DNA of 64,000 nt from an uncultured Phycisphaerales bacterium (GTDB lineage Bacteria > Planctomycetota > Phycisphaerae > Sedimentisphaerales > Anaerobacaceae), in the NCBI GenBank assembly GCA_963772725.1, contig CAVYYI010000002.1, positions 320,001-384,000 of the forward strand. Direction: 5' to 3'. This document shows, in pieces, positions 1 through 12,210 of this stretch (the first letter of the stretch is position 1; the number at the start of each line of letters is the position of its first letter). The notes beneath the pieces are model-generated. The model saw only the letters and a list, made by a program, of their open reading frames with translations, was not told where the DNA came from and made no database searches. A program made the position numbers and the translations under genes.

Positions 1-31
1 AGACCAGCATTATAATCTCGTAGATACTCAT
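1..31 (-). CDS. 5' end of a probable small membrane protein (partial, runs off window)
   Basis: ATG at 31 reads MSIYEIIMLV, starting just after the pyrE stop; too short to assign. Confidence 0.4.
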   Translation of the reverse strand, partial: MSIYEIIMLV

Positions 32-35
32 TGAA

Positions 36-561
36 TCAGTCTTTAATGCCGAGGTCGTCTTTGGTGATGATACTCTCGAATTTGTAGCCTGCCGAGGTGA
101 TGTTTTCACCGGCGCCTTGTTTGCGGTCGATGACAGCGACGATTTTTTTGACTTTAGCACCAGCGGCTGTAATTATTTTAGCCGCTTCGAGAACCTGTCC
201 GCCTGTGGTGGCGATGTCCTCGACAAGCAGAACGACATCACCCGATTTCATGACACCCTCGACCATTTTCCCCGTGCCATAATCTTTTTTGCTGTTTCGT
301 ATAATTATCCAGTTTTTGTCTGGCTGCCATCGCTGTAGCCGCCGCCAAAGCAATTCCTCCAAGTTCCGCCCCGGCTATCAGGGTAACATCACCGGTAACG
401 TGTTTTGCAAATTCTTCGCCGAGAGCCTTGAGTATATCCGGGCAGGTCTCGAACAGATATTTATCGAGATAATATTTGCTTTTCTTTCCGCTGCGAAGAG
501 TGAAATCACCTTCGAGGTAAGAAGTCTGTTTGATTCTTTTAATCAGTTCATTTCGTGTCAC
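36..561 (-). CDS. pyrE: orotate phosphoribosyltransferase (one frameshift, probably sequencing error)
   Basis: ORFs 238-561 (GDFTLRSGKKSKYYLDK) and 36-362 (PRPP motif VEDIATTGG) join into one OPRTase. Confidence 0.9.
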
Positions 562-574
562 GATAGTAATCCTT

Positions 575-2012
575 TTAGACTTTTAATTCTACTTTTCTAT
601 TCAGCACCATACGATATTTTTTTCGGATTGGCGCGACGATGTCCTTTATAAATTCATCGACCTGCTGCGGGGCGCGGCCGACGTAATCTTTCGGATTAAG
701 AACATTTTTGAAATTGACTTTACGCAAAAGCTGGGTCGGCTTTAAGCCGTTCGATAAGGTCGTTGGGTTTGCCAAGCTGTTTTACCTGTGCGGCGGCGGC
801 CTGATGAGTGCTGCCTGATTTTTTCGTGCAGTTCCTGACTGATTCCCGCCAGCCTTGACTGCTGCCATCAAAATATTTTCAGTCGCCATAAAGGGCAGCT
901 CCGCCGAGACGTGTGCCGCGATTACTTTCGGATAGACCACAAGGCCATCGAGGACGTTGATAAGAATCTCGAGAATGCCGTCGATAGCCAGAAATGCCTC
1001 GGGAATAACTAATCTTCGATTTGCGGAATCGTCGAGTGTTCGTTCGAGCCATTGTTCAGAAGCGGTCATATTCGGGCTTGTCGCCAGACTAATCACGAAT
1101 CTTGAAAGGGCTGTAACTCTTTCGCATCGCATCGGGTTTCTCTTGTATGCCATTGCAGAGGAACCGACCTGCGATTTCTCAAACGGCTCTTCGATTTCCT
1201 TGAGGTTCGCCAGCAGCCGCATATCGTTGCACATCTTATGAGCGGACTGCGCGATAGATGTAAGTGAGTTCACGACAAGCGAATCGATTTTTCGCTGAGT
1301 ACGTTTGCCCTGTAACCGCACAAATATTTTTGAAACCGAAAGCAGATGCAACAAGCCTGTCAAGCTGTTTGACCTTGTTATGATTGCCGTTGAAAAGTTC
1401 CAGAAACGACGCCTGCGTGCCAGTAGTACCTTTTACTCCGCGAAAAGGCACCACTTCGAGTGTTTGTTCAAGCTGTCTCAAATCCATTGCGAAATCATAG
1501 CACCACAGAATCGCTCTTTTTCCAACCGTCGTTAGCTGAGCAGGCTGGTAATGTGTAAAACCAAGGGTCGCCAGCGAGCGGTTTTTTTTCGCAAAACCTG
1601 CCAGCACATCAACTACCGACGCGAGTTTTGCAGCAATTAACTGCATCGCCTGGCGAATGATTATCAAATCCGCGTTGTCGGTTATATCGCAACTTGTCGC
1701 ACCAAGATGAATGATGGAAGCGGCTTTGGGAGCAGCATCGCCAAAGGCGTGGATATGGGCCATTACATCGTGCCGAAATTTTTTCTCATAATCAGCAGCC
1801 TTTTTGAAATCTATGTCGTTCAGATTTTTCGCCATCTGATCTATCTGGCTTTGTGAAATATTCAGCCCAAGTTTTTTTTCAGCCCTGGCCAGTTCCAGCC
1901 AAACTCTTCGCCACAGCCCGAATTTGTGCTGCGCACCAAAAAGTTCAGCCATTTCCTTTGAAGCATTCCGCTCTACTAGCGGACTTTGATAAATTGTATG
2001 TTCTTTAGTCAT
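575..2012 (-). CDS. purB: adenylosuccinate lyase (split in three frames)
   Basis: [27 protein letters not shown] and the [10 protein letters not shown] signature spread over ORFs 1236-2012, 782-1363 and 575-775. Confidence 0.93.
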
Positions 2013-2973
2013 TGATTTTTTCCTGTCGTTTGGTTAGTAAGTATTCGATTTCGTCAATATCATCTTTTTTGAGTGGCAAATCCGCTGTTGGTGCAGTTTC
2101 CTGAATCTGATTGGGCTTTCTCGCCCCCACGATGGCGGCTGTAATTTCAGGGTGCCGCAGAACCCAGCTAATCGCCAATTGCGCCAAAGTTATGTTATTG
2201 CGTTCCGCAATTGGACGCAGTTTTTCAACGAGTTCGAGCGTCGCGGAAAACCGCGGCTCCAAAAAATCAGGATTTGTTTTGCGATGGTCGTCATCGGGCA
2301 GATTCGCGAGAAGTTCCTTTGTGAATTTTCCCGTAAGCAGACCTCTCTGCATTGGGCTGTAAGCGACTACACCGATTTTATTTTTCTCGCAATAAGCGAG
2401 AACCTCTTTTTCAACTTCGCGATGAAGCATACTGTACGGCGGCTGAAGCGAAGCAACCGGGTAAATTTTCCGCAAACGTTCCATTTGACCGATATTGAAA
2501 TTCGATACCCCGAGATACCGCACCTTTTGTTCTTCAACCAGTTTTGCCATTTCCTCCCAGGCGAATTCAATTCCAGAATCGGGCTCAGGCCAGTGAATTT
2601 GATAAAGGTCGATGATGTCAGCACCAAGACGCTTTAGGCTGGCGTGACATTCCTCGCGAATGCTTTTGGGGTTAAGGCAGTTTACCTTTTCTCTTTTTTT
2701 ATTCCAGAGCAGGCCGCACTTGGTAGCGATAAAGGGTTTTTGCTTTCTTTGTTTTAGCGCTTTACCGATAAGTTCTTCGGAATGCCCCAGACCGTAAATT
2801 GCCGCCGTATCAATCCAGTTGATTCCCAAATCCAAACCAGCATTAATGGCAGCGACCGCCTCATCGTCATCCTGATGCCCCCAGCCATACTGCCACGGCC
2901 CGCCGATAGCCCAGGTGCCAAGGCCGATGACTGTAAGGTTTAAATCGGTATAACCTAATTTTCTTGTCCGCAT
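2005..2973 (-). CDS. aldo/keto reductase
   Basis: [30 protein letters not shown] and AYSPM AKR motifs. Confidence 0.92.
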   Translation of the reverse strand: MRTRKLGYTDLNLTVIGLGTWAIGGPWQYGWGHQDDDEAVAAINAGLDLGINWIDTAAIYGLGHSEELIGKALKQRKQKPFIATKCGLLWNKKREKVNCLNPKSIREECHASLKRLGADIIDLYQIHWPEPDSGIEFAWEEMAKLVEEQKVRYLGVSNFNIGQMERLRKIYPVASLQPPYSMLHREVEKEVLAYCEKNKIGVVAYSPMQRGLLTGKFTKELLANLPDDDHRKTNPDFLEPRFSATLELVEKLRPIAERNNITLAQLAISWVLRHPEITAAIVGARKPNQIQETAPTADLPLKKDDIDEIEYLLTKRQEKIND

Positions 2974-3121
2974 AATGTTAAGCCTAATAAATTTCGACCA
3001 GTCCGAGCAATAGCATAGTAAGATTTTAGCGGTTTTTCAATAGTTTTGTGTTTTTCTTGAAATTATGAGGAATTGCGTTTAAACTTTGCGCAAAAATATC
3101 AAATATTGAAGCGAGGTTCTG

Positions 3122-3868
3122 ATGGCAAAAGGCAGGTTAACACAGCAGGTTAAGCTGGGTGTATTACTGATACTGCTCTCGGTTTTCTTTTACGCCGTGC
3201 ATTTTCTTATCTTCCGGGACTTTCATAATATGATGTTTTACCTCGTTGAGGATATCGCTTTTATCCCTGTTAACGTTTTGATTGTAACGGTTATTATCCA
3301 CCAGGTGCTAAGCTACAGAGAAAAACGGATAATGCTTGAAAAATTGAATATGGTTATAGGGGCTTTTTTCAGCGAAGCCGGCACAGAGATGCTCAGATAT
3401 TTTCAGGGTTTTGACCCGGACAGCAAAGATGCGTCACGAAAACTTATTATAACCGATAAATGGCAGCCGAAGGATTTTACAGATGTTGCCCAGACGCTTG
3501 AAGGACGCGATTACAGGATTAACAGCAAAGAAAGTGACCTCGCTGGACTGCGGAATTTCCTGATACATAAAAGAGGATTTTTTCTCAGACTGCTGGAAAA
3601 TCCTAATCTGCTTGAACATGAATCGTTTACCGAATTGCTGCGTGCGGTGTTTCACCTTACCGACGAACTTGCGCACCGAACCAGTACCGATTCGCTTCCC
3701 GAAAAAGATTATGAGCATCTCAGCGGTGACATAAAAAGAGCCCATAAGCTTTTAATCCACGAATGGATTATGCACATGGAGCATCTTAAGGAAAATTATC
3801 CTTATCTGTTCTCCCTTGCCGTCAGGACAAATCCCTTCAATCCCGATGCGGCGGTGGAAATAAAATAA
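3122..3868 (+). CDS. hypothetical membrane protein (two N-terminal TM segments plus soluble domain)
   Basis: Intact 248-aa ORF with RBS (GAGG) and hydrophobic N-terminus. Confidence 0.75.
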   Translation: MAKGRLTQQVKLGVLLILLSVFFYAVHFLIFRDFHNMMFYLVEDIAFIPVNVLIVTVIIHQVLSYREKRIMLEKLNMVIGAFFSEAGTEMLRYFQGFDPDSKDASRKLIITDKWQPKDFTDVAQTLEGRDYRINSKESDLAGLRNFLIHKRGFFLRLLENPNLLEHESFTELLRAVFHLTDELAHRTSTDSLPEKDYEHLSGDIKRAHKLLIHEWIMHMEHLKENYPYLFSLAVRTNPFNPDAAVEIK

Positions 3869-3966
3869 AATTGGGATATCAAATACAAGGGTTTGAATTG
3901 CATTTGGACGCTGAATCGTTATAATGTTCACATATTTAACCATGGCAAAAAGGTATTAATTTACTG

Positions 3967-5964
3967 ATGGAATCAAGAAATAATATAGGCCAAAAGCTGA
4001 AAAATCTGGTGATAGGACAGTCCCGCAGCCCGAAGGACAAAAGGATTTTTCATAAGCTTTCGCTAATTGCGTTTTTCGCGTGGATAGGACTCGGAGCCGA
4101 CGGCCTGTCGTCCTCGTGTTACGGTCCGCAGGAGGCGTTTCTTGCGCTGGGCAAGCACCCCTGTCTGGCAATTTTTGTCGGTCTTGGAACCGTTCTGACA
4201 ATATTTGTCATAAGCGCAAGCTACTCACAGATTATAGAGCTTTTCCCGACCGGCGGCGGCGGTTATCTTGTGGCAAGCAAATTATTGTCACCGAAACTCG
4301 GAATGATTTCAGGCTGTGCGCTTCTTATAGACTATGTTCTTACTATTTCTGTTTCTATAGCCAGCGGTACAGACGCGATATGCAGTTTCCTTCCGCAGCA
4401 ATGGCATTCGTATAAACTTGTCTTCGCTATGAGTGTAGTAGTGATAATGGTAATTATGAACATGCGAGGGGTCAAGGAGTCTGTAGTTGTTTTGACGCCG
4501 ATTTTCCTGATTTTTATTATTATGCACCTTTTTATAATTCTGTACGCTATTTTTACACATATACCAGATGCCGCGACATTGGCGACATCCACAAAGGCCG
4601 ACATTCACAGCGCTGTCTCTGAACTCGGTTTCTGGGGAATGGTTTTTTTGATACTTAGAGCATACGGCATGGGTGCAGGCACTTTCACGGGGATAGAAGC
4701 GGTCAGCAACGGCATTCCGCTTTTACGGGACCCAAAGGTGCAGACAGCCAAATATACGATGCGGTATATGGCGATTTCTCTGTCCGTTGTGGTGCTCGGA
4801 CTTATAATTTCATATCTGCTTTTTGAACTCAAACCGCAGGAGGGAAAAACGCTCAACGCGATTTTATTCGAGCAGATTACTAAAGGCTGGGATAGCGATT
4901 TACGAACCGGTTTCATATTTGTAATTCTTGCTTCTGAGGCGGCAATTTTGTTTGTGGCGGCACAGACAGGTTTTATGGATGGTCCAAGAGTACTTGCCAA
5001 TATGTCGCTCGACAGGTGGTTTCCAAATAAATTTTCCGCGTTGAGCGACAGGCTGGTTACTCGAAATGGCATCCTCATTATGGGTATATCTTCCATAGTG
5101 ATAATGTTCATGACAAAGGGGTCAGTTCTGCTTCTTGTGGTTCTTTACAGTATAAACGTTTTTATTACATTCGGACTTTCGCAGCTCGGTATGGTTCGCC
5201 ACTGGTGGCTCTCAAGAAACAGCGTCCCCACATGGCACAAAAAACTGTTTATTAATGGGCTTGGCCTAGCTCTGACAGCATTCATTCTCATAACAATGAT
5301 TGTAGTCAAATTTGATGAAGGTGGATGGGTGACGCTGCTGATAACAGGCTCACTTATAATATTGGCGCTGCTGGTAAAACGCCATTATGCCAAAACATCA
5401 CTGCTTCTTAAACGGCTCGACGACCTTGTCAACCGAGCGGAATTCAAAGACCTTGACACTATTTCTGCCGCGGATGAGTCCAAACCTGGGCCGCAATATG
5501 ACCCCAGCGGCAGAACCGCTGTTGTTCTGGTAGGAGGCTTTAACGGTACAGGTCTGCATACCGTTTTTACAGTAATGAGGCTTTTTGGGATGACTTTCAA
5601 AAATTACGTTTTTCTTGAGATAGGCGCAATAGACGTCGGAAATTTTAAGGGCTCGCAGGAAGTGGACCATCTGTTTCAGAAAGTCAATGATGACCTTAAG
5701 CGCTACGTCAGACTGATGAATAAACAAGGCTTTTACGCGGAAGGCATTTCAGAGGTAAGCGTTGATGTGGTAGATGAAATTGCTCAAAAGGCCCCCGAAA
5801 TTATGACACGATTCCCTGACGCCGTATTTTTCGGCGGCCAGTTGATTTTTCCGAACGAGTCATTTCTTCTGAGACTTCTTCATAACCAGATTGTATTTTC
5901 TGTGCAGAGAAAGTTATACCAGTACGGTGTGCCTTTCCTCATATTGCCGATACGCGTTTACTGA
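3967..5964 (+). CDS. APC-superfamily permease, KimA/YdaO-like (K+ or amino-acid transporter)
   Basis: GADGLSSSCYGPQE, PTGGGGY, DYVLTISVS and TGIEAVSNG motifs; many TM segments plus a C-terminal cytoplasmic domain. Confidence 0.8.
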   Translation: MESRNNIGQKLKNLVIGQSRSPKDKRIFHKLSLIAFFAWIGLGADGLSSSCYGPQEAFLALGKHPCLAIFVGLGTVLTIFVISASYSQIIELFPTGGGGYLVASKLLSPKLGMISGCALLIDYVLTISVSIASGTDAICSFLPQQWHSYKLVFAMSVVVIMVIMNMRGVKESVVVLTPIFLIFIIMHLFIILYAIFTHIPDAATLATSTKADIHSAVSELGFWGMVFLILRAYGMGAGTFTGIEAVSNGIPLLRDPKVQTAKYTMRYMAISLSVVVLGLIISYLLFELKPQEGKTLNAILFEQITKGWDSDLRTGFIFVILASEAAILFVAAQTGFMDGPRVLANMSLDRWFPNKFSALSDRLVTRNGILIMGISSIVIMFMTKGSVLLLVVLYSINVFITFGLSQLGMVRHWWLSRNSVPTWHKKLFINGLGLALTAFILITMIVVKFDEGGWVTLLITGSLIILALLVKRHYAKTSLLLKRLDDLVNRAEFKDLDTISAADESKPGPQYDPSGRTAVVLVGGFNGTGLHTVFTVMRLFGMTFKNYVFLEIGAIDVGNFKGSQEVDHLFQKVNDDLKRYVRLMNKQGFYAEGISEVSVDVVDEIAQKAPEIMTRFPDAVFFGGQLIFPNESFLLRLLHNQIVFSVQRKLYQYGVPFLILPIRVY

Positions 5965-5988
5965 TAAAATTTAGATGAATTAGAGACA

Positions 5989-6491
5989 ATGGATATAAGA
6001 AGATTGCTGACATCATGCTTTGGAATAGGATGGCTGCCGCTGCGCCTGGGACATGGGCGTCACTAGTGCCTTTGGGTATTTTCGCATTGCTGAATTATTG
6101 CGGCGTATCAGCGGGAACGATTTTAATTGTGATGATATTTGCTGCGGCGGCGGCTTCTGAAGTATGTATCTGTTTCGCGGACGCGGCAATAACAGCGACA
6201 GGCCAAAATGACCCGCACGAGGTAGTCATGGACGAAGTGGCAGGTCAGGCGGTAACATATCTAACAATCGGCAGTGTAATTATCGGGCAGCTTTGGGTTG
6301 CGGCAATTATGGGGTTTCTTCTGTTCCGGTTTTTCGATATTGTTAAGCCTTGGCCAATCAAAGAGATAGAGAAAGTGCCGCGAGGCTGGGGGATTTTATG
6401 CGACGATTTGGCGGCAGGTGTTTATGCCGGCGGTATGCTGATAGTATTCTATGAAATTGGGATAATTGGATATCTCGGCAAATTTTTGTAG
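5989..6491 (+). CDS. pgpA: phosphatidylglycerophosphatase A (frameshift near 5' end)
   Basis: APGTWASL, DPHEVVMDEVAG, FRFFDIVKP and DDLAAG motifs; the true start MDIRRLLTSCFGIG at 5989 is in another frame. Confidence 0.9.
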
Positions 6492-6625
6492 CGGTACGGC
6501 AAAGAATTGCAAAGTTTAGCGGAAAAAATCTGTGCAAGTTGATATTTAGGTGTATAATAGTATCGTTGTTGAATGATGTTGAAAATTTTATATTTGCCGC
6601 CGATGGATAAAATTCGCGACGGCAA

Positions 6626-7405
6626 ATGGAGGCTTTTTTAGAAATGGCATTAGAAAGTTTTGCTTCTCTGTGTGATGACTTCTATGTTGATATGTATGTA
6701 AATACGGAACTTGACCTGCCTACACAGCGAGATACTATCCTGGCGTTCTTCGAGAGGGTTCAAAAACAATACCCTTCAATGGGCAAATTCTATCGCGGCG
6801 AGAGCAGCGATTATTGTCTTGAGGAAGATTCGGGCAGCGGTCATTATCGATGGGTAAGTCTCGAAACGGAACGAATCGGTTCGGGGGTAGTCAATCCTTC
6901 GAGCCTCGAAGAAGTTTACACGCAGGATAAGATGATACTCGAAATCATGCCTTATATGCTGGGGGTAAGTCATCTCGATATTGATGCGCTGGATGTAACG
7001 TTCGCTATGGATTTCGATTATTTCGGAAACCATGACGAGATTATCGCCGACGCCTTTTTCGCGTCCACAGCCTTCGGAAGCCTGCTGGAAATACCATCAG
7101 CCAAACCGGTAAGTTTTTCTCCAACGGTGGTTGTGGCTCTTTCGGACGACTGCCAGACGCAGGCCAGATTAAGCATTGAGTCAAAAACAAGCTCTTATGA
7201 ACAGGGAAAGCAAAAATATAATCGCGAGGAAGCGATAAGCCTGTCATTTACGATTCGCCAGTACCCGCCGGGCAATGAAAAATTCGACGCCATGCGCTCA
7301 TTCGAAAATCAATGCCGTCTCGCCGAAGAACTGATGGCCGAAAAAATAGTCCCCAATTTCGTCAGACCCCTAATCAACGTCATCGCCGAAAAACGTTTAA
7401 GATAG
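6626..7405 (+). CDS. conserved hypothetical protein
   Basis: Intact 259-aa ORF with an upstream TATAAT; resembles (from recall) a planctomycete-conserved family; function unknown. Confidence 0.7.
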   Translation: MEAFLEMALESFASLCDDFYVDMYVNTELDLPTQRDTILAFFERVQKQYPSMGKFYRGESSDYCLEEDSGSGHYRWVSLETERIGSGVVNPSSLEEVYTQDKMILEIMPYMLGVSHLDIDALDVTFAMDFDYFGNHDEIIADAFFASTAFGSLLEIPSAKPVSFSPTVVVALSDDCQTQARLSIESKTSSYEQGKQKYNREEAISLSFTIRQYPPGNEKFDAMRSFENQCRLAEELMAEKIVPNFVRPLINVIAEKRLR

Positions 7406-7423
7406 ATGATTTTCCTTATCCGG

Positions 7424-7507
7424 ATTAGCCCCAGCACCCGCGGCTGGGGCATTAACTGTCTCTTTTCTGCACGCTGTCCCTGTCCGCTGTTCGCTGTACG
7501 CTATTTT
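7424..7507. repeat. TTAG-footed hairpin plus degenerate 7-bp tandem run
   Basis: GCCCCAGC/GCTGGGGC stem at 7428-7450 followed by GCTGTCC-CTGTCC-GCTGTTC-GCTGTAC-GCTATTT. Confidence 0.6.
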
Positions 7508-7699
7508 TTTGTTGTATTAATCTCGCTAATTTGTATAATTAGCCAAGGGGAAATATCGGATGCGGAAGAATATAAGAAATGATGCGAAATGAGTATGTTG
7601 TCCCCAGATTTTAGAATAAGATATACCCGAAAGGCTTGGATTCTAACATAAATAAGAAAACGCAAAATAACTCAGTGTTCGCTCGAATATGGAGAAGTA

Positions 7700-8827
7700 T
7701 ACTGCTTACGATTGAGTTTTCCTGTTTTTATGCAGCTTGAATGTGAAAGTTTTCTGTCAGTAATGCGCTCAGTTCCGGCAAATATTTCTTTCTCTTCCGG
7801 AAAAAGCTCTCGCATGCTCTGCTTGAATTCCCAAATGTTTCATAGTAGCGATTGTTCAGCACTTTTTTCTTAAAAAACTTCCAGTACCGCTCAATCAGAT
7901 TCAGATTCGGCGAGTATGACGGCAAAAATATCAATTTGATTTTCGTGCCCTCGGTATACTCTTTTAACAAACGTGAACGATAATATCGAGCATTGTCAAC
8001 AATGATATAAATCCTTTTGGCCTCCGGATGTTTTGCTTCGATCTTTGAGAACAAATCAATGGTCGAATTCGGCATTGATCGTGTCATAAAACCCTGTCGT
8101 TGGCTCCAGCGTTTCGATGTTAATCGCACCATTGATATTCAATCGCTGGCGGCCACAGTTGGCTTTGAGTTCTTTTTCCTTTCCCGTCTTAATCCAGCCG
8201 TAAGAAGGAATGCTGTTGTGCTGCGGATGGGTGGCATCGGCGAAATAAATCGGGTCGTTTTGCACTTTTGCTTGCTTTGAGTCTGTTCATATTCTTCGAG
8301 AAACGCCTGTTGCTTGACGGGGTCTTGTTTACCGGGAACATGTGTCGGCTTCTTGTAGGAAAATCCAAGGCGATGCAGTAAATCGGTGACTCCGCTGACG
8401 GAGTAATGGACCACATACTGTTGATCAGATATGAGCGATAACCGATTTGGCATCGGGGAAAATATGATCTTCGAGATATGCCTCAAGTTCGCTCATTTGA
8501 TGTTCATCGAGTTTCGGTTCTGCGCCGGGATAGTTGTCATCCAGCAATGCCTGGAAACCGCCTTGCTGATACCGTTCAAAATAGTCTCGGGATGTCTTCT
8601 CATCAAAAAGAAGAATCTCGGCCACCTGAGCCGCCGACCATCCCTTTGGATAAAGCAATGACCGCTTTGACCCGGTCGGCCTGACGCTTATCACGCAACG
8701 AACGATGCAATGCCTCCAGTTCAGCTATTTTTTCTTTTGACAACTTATAATCCTTCATATACGCTGTTTATCGGACAGAAGGTGCTTTTTGATTGAAAAA
8801 TACGGAATTTTTCAATCAAGAGCAGTA
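7700..8827 (-). mobile_element. IS630-family insertion sequence
   Basis: Imperfect TIRs TACTGCTTACGATTGA / TCAATCAAGAGCAGTA, TA target duplication (7698-99, 8828-29), encloses a DDE transposase. Confidence 0.9.
7728..8758 (-). CDS. IS630-family transposase (several frameshifts)
   Basis: HTH N-terminus, LHRLGFSYKKP, YFAD, VDNARYY and LPSYSPNLNLIERYW motifs spread over 4-5 frames. Confidence 0.88.
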
Positions 8828-9356
8828 TAAATATCAGACATTGTATGGAACTGTGTGTTTCCTTCTAATGTACTTATTCCTTCTATATTATGGTACCGCC
8901 TGTGTTTTCTTTATAAGTGCATTATATGAACGTGGGAAAATGTGGCCGCCTTTTCCAGTTTTTTTAATCGTAGGTCTAATTATATCGGCATCATCACTGC
9001 TTGGTAAAATGTTTTATACTTGGCGACGAAATGTTCGAGAAAGAAAAAAAATCGAAAAAGAATAGCATCTATTTTTGCTGTCTGTCCCTAACAAATATTC
9101 CATCCGCGGTTTAATGCGGCAGATTTGTAAAGTTCTTTGATAATCGGCGTGGAACGAACAGAGAAGTGAAAAAATGAATAGTGAACAGTTTTTCCTTCGT
9201 GTTTCTTCGGAGCTTTGCGGTGAACCTCTGTTTCCACTATCAAAAACACGGTTTTTCGAGCGTTGCGTCCGATATGTCGAATTTAATCCGTCACATATGA
9301 AGCTTGATATGTTTCTTGTCAGGCTATATAATTAAATCAAGCTGACTGATTATGAC

Positions 9357-9422
9357 TTGTCATACCTGCGAAAGCAGGTATCCATTCGTAAAAATGGATT
9401 TCCGCTTCCGCGGGAATGACAA
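9357..9422. repeat. REP-like double-hairpin element (TTGTCAT...ATGACAA)
   Basis: TTGTCATACCTGCGAAAGCAGGTATCC...GGATTTCCGCTTCCGCGGGAATGACAA; related copy at 42058-42172. Confidence 0.75.
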
Positions 9423-9540
9423 GAAAAGTGTAAAATGACATCTGGCGATAATGTTATGTTTAACATAAGATTATACAAATCCGCCGATGGCGGGATCAAA
9501 AAGCGTTTAGGTTAAGTGATTATTTGGAAAGGAATGCATT

Positions 9541-10002
9541 ATGGCCATAGAGGCGCCGGTTAGCAAGTTCAGGAAGGACAACCTCAAAATATTTATCGTC
9601 GGTATGCTGGTTTTGGGGGCGTGGTGCTTATATGACGGGTATTTCAATCAAAAATGGATAGCCGAGCATACAAACACTGACGGCACGCCACAGACGTATT
9701 TAACCGTTAATCGACAGGCGCCGTATTATTTCACCGTCGGAGTCATAGCGCTGGGCACATACCTGTTAATGCTGAAAAACAAAAAGATTATCGCTGACGA
9801 GAAGGAACTGATTATCAGTGATAAGAAGAAAATCGCCTACGAGTCCATACAGAAAATAGATAAAACCGATTTTGAGTCGAAAGGCTTCTTCGTGATTACA
9901 TACACAGACAGCGGGAACAAGGAGAGCAGCCTAAAAATAAGTGACAAAAAATACGATAACCTTGAGGCTGTCTTAAAGGTCCTTGTAACAAAAATAAGTT
10001 GA
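9541..10002 (+). CDS. hypothetical membrane protein
   Basis: 153-aa ORF, two TM segments, RBS AAGGA. Confidence 0.75.
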   Translation: MAIEAPVSKFRKDNLKIFIVGMLVLGAWCLYDGYFNQKWIAEHTNTDGTPQTYLTVNRQAPYYFTVGVIALGTYLLMLKNKKIIADEKELIISDKKKIAYESIQKIDKTDFESKGFFVITYTDSGNKESSLKISDKKYDNLEAVLKVLVTKIS

Positions 10003-10094
10003 AATTACTAAAATAATGCATAGAATGTTCGTGGTTTGGCCGCAATAAGTTACGGTTGTAGTTTGTTGCGGTTTATTTTTGGAAAAATTCTTAG

Positions 10095-11381
<1,287 letters not shown>

Positions 11382-11405
11382 ACATGCACTTTACGGAAAA
11401 TAAAA

Positions 11406-12170
11406 TTGCAAAGAAGCAACGCAGGAAATCTTGAAAAAACCGCCGCTCGTCTTGGAATAAAAGTTGAGCAGATACCTCGTAATATCGCCATAATTATGGA
11501 TGGCAACGGTCGCTGGGCTCAAAAAAAGGGCCTGCCTCGAATGGAGGGGCATCGTCAGGGCGGTAAAACGGTTGAAAGAACTGCGCTGGTCGGCGTTAAT
11601 CTTGGCATAGAGTCGATGATAATCTATGCTTTCAGCACAGAAAACTGGAAAAGGCCTAAAGAAGAGGTCGATGCCCTGATGAGTCTTTATACTCAGTACT
11701 TAGTCGGCATCAGGCCGATGATGATGAAAAATGATGTTAAGCTGCTTCACATTGGAAGGACGGACGGTCTTCCTGAGAAACTGAAGGTTGAACTTAAAAA
11801 AAGCATGGAAATGACCGCTTCTAACCGCGGCATGACGCTCGCTCTTGCGTTGAATTACGGCGGAAGAACCGAAATAACCGATGCGGTTCGCAAAATCGCA
11901 GAGAAATACAAACAAGGCAAAGTGAATTTCGAAGAAATTAACGAAGACCTCATCGGGCGGCATTTATATACGGCGGAATTACCTGAGCCTGACCTTTTAA
12001 TACGCACCGCGAACGAGAGAAGAATCAGCAACTTTCTGATATGGCAGATTTCTTACAGCGAATTTTATGTTACGGAAACGCTTTGGCCTGACTTTAAAGG
12101 TGAAGATATGGAAAAGGCTATACTGGATTACGCACAAAGACAGCGGAGATTCGGCGGAATAAACGTGTAG
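11406..12170 (+). CDS. uppS: undecaprenyl diphosphate synthase (isoprenyl transferase)
   Basis: IIMDGNGRWA, FSTENWKRP, DLLIRT and SNFLIWQ motifs. Confidence 0.95.
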   Translation: MQRSNAGNLEKTAARLGIKVEQIPRNIAIIMDGNGRWAQKKGLPRMEGHRQGGKTVERTALVGVNLGIESMIIYAFSTENWKRPKEEVDALMSLYTQYLVGIRPMMMKNDVKLLHIGRTDGLPEKLKVELKKSMEMTASNRGMTLALALNYGGRTEITDAVRKIAEKYKQGKVNFEEINEDLIGRHLYTAELPEPDLLIRTANERRISNFLIWQISYSEFYVTETLWPDFKGEDMEKAILDYAQRQRRFGGINV

Positions 12171-12210
12171 CCGCGTAAAGCGCTACTGAAGCAGACCGCG
12201 ATTGCAACTT

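Larger units (their letters stand above)
7636..9065 (+). pseudogene. small AT-rich membrane protein gene disrupted by IS630
   Basis: Removing the IS and one TA joins TTG(7636) MDSNINKK...IWRS in frame to KYQTLYGTVCF...KIEKE* (9065). Confidence 0.75.

Noticed and set aside
36..2012. pyrE, purB and other split housekeeping genes as true pseudogenes or programmed frameshifts
   Set aside because: Indels are scattered with no consistent slippery motif, the genes are core metabolic and their motifs are intact; sequencing error is simpler. Only the IS3 A8G site looks programmed.
3870..3966. c-di-AMP (ydaO) riboswitch upstream of the KimA-like gene
   Set aside because: Only a short GCTGAATC match in a 100-bp AT-rich gap, with no supporting helices visible; a covariance-model search would be needed.
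8793..9065. Stand-alone 90-aa gene
   Set aside because: Its start lies inside the IS630 end; it is the 3' part of the disrupted gene beginning at 7636.
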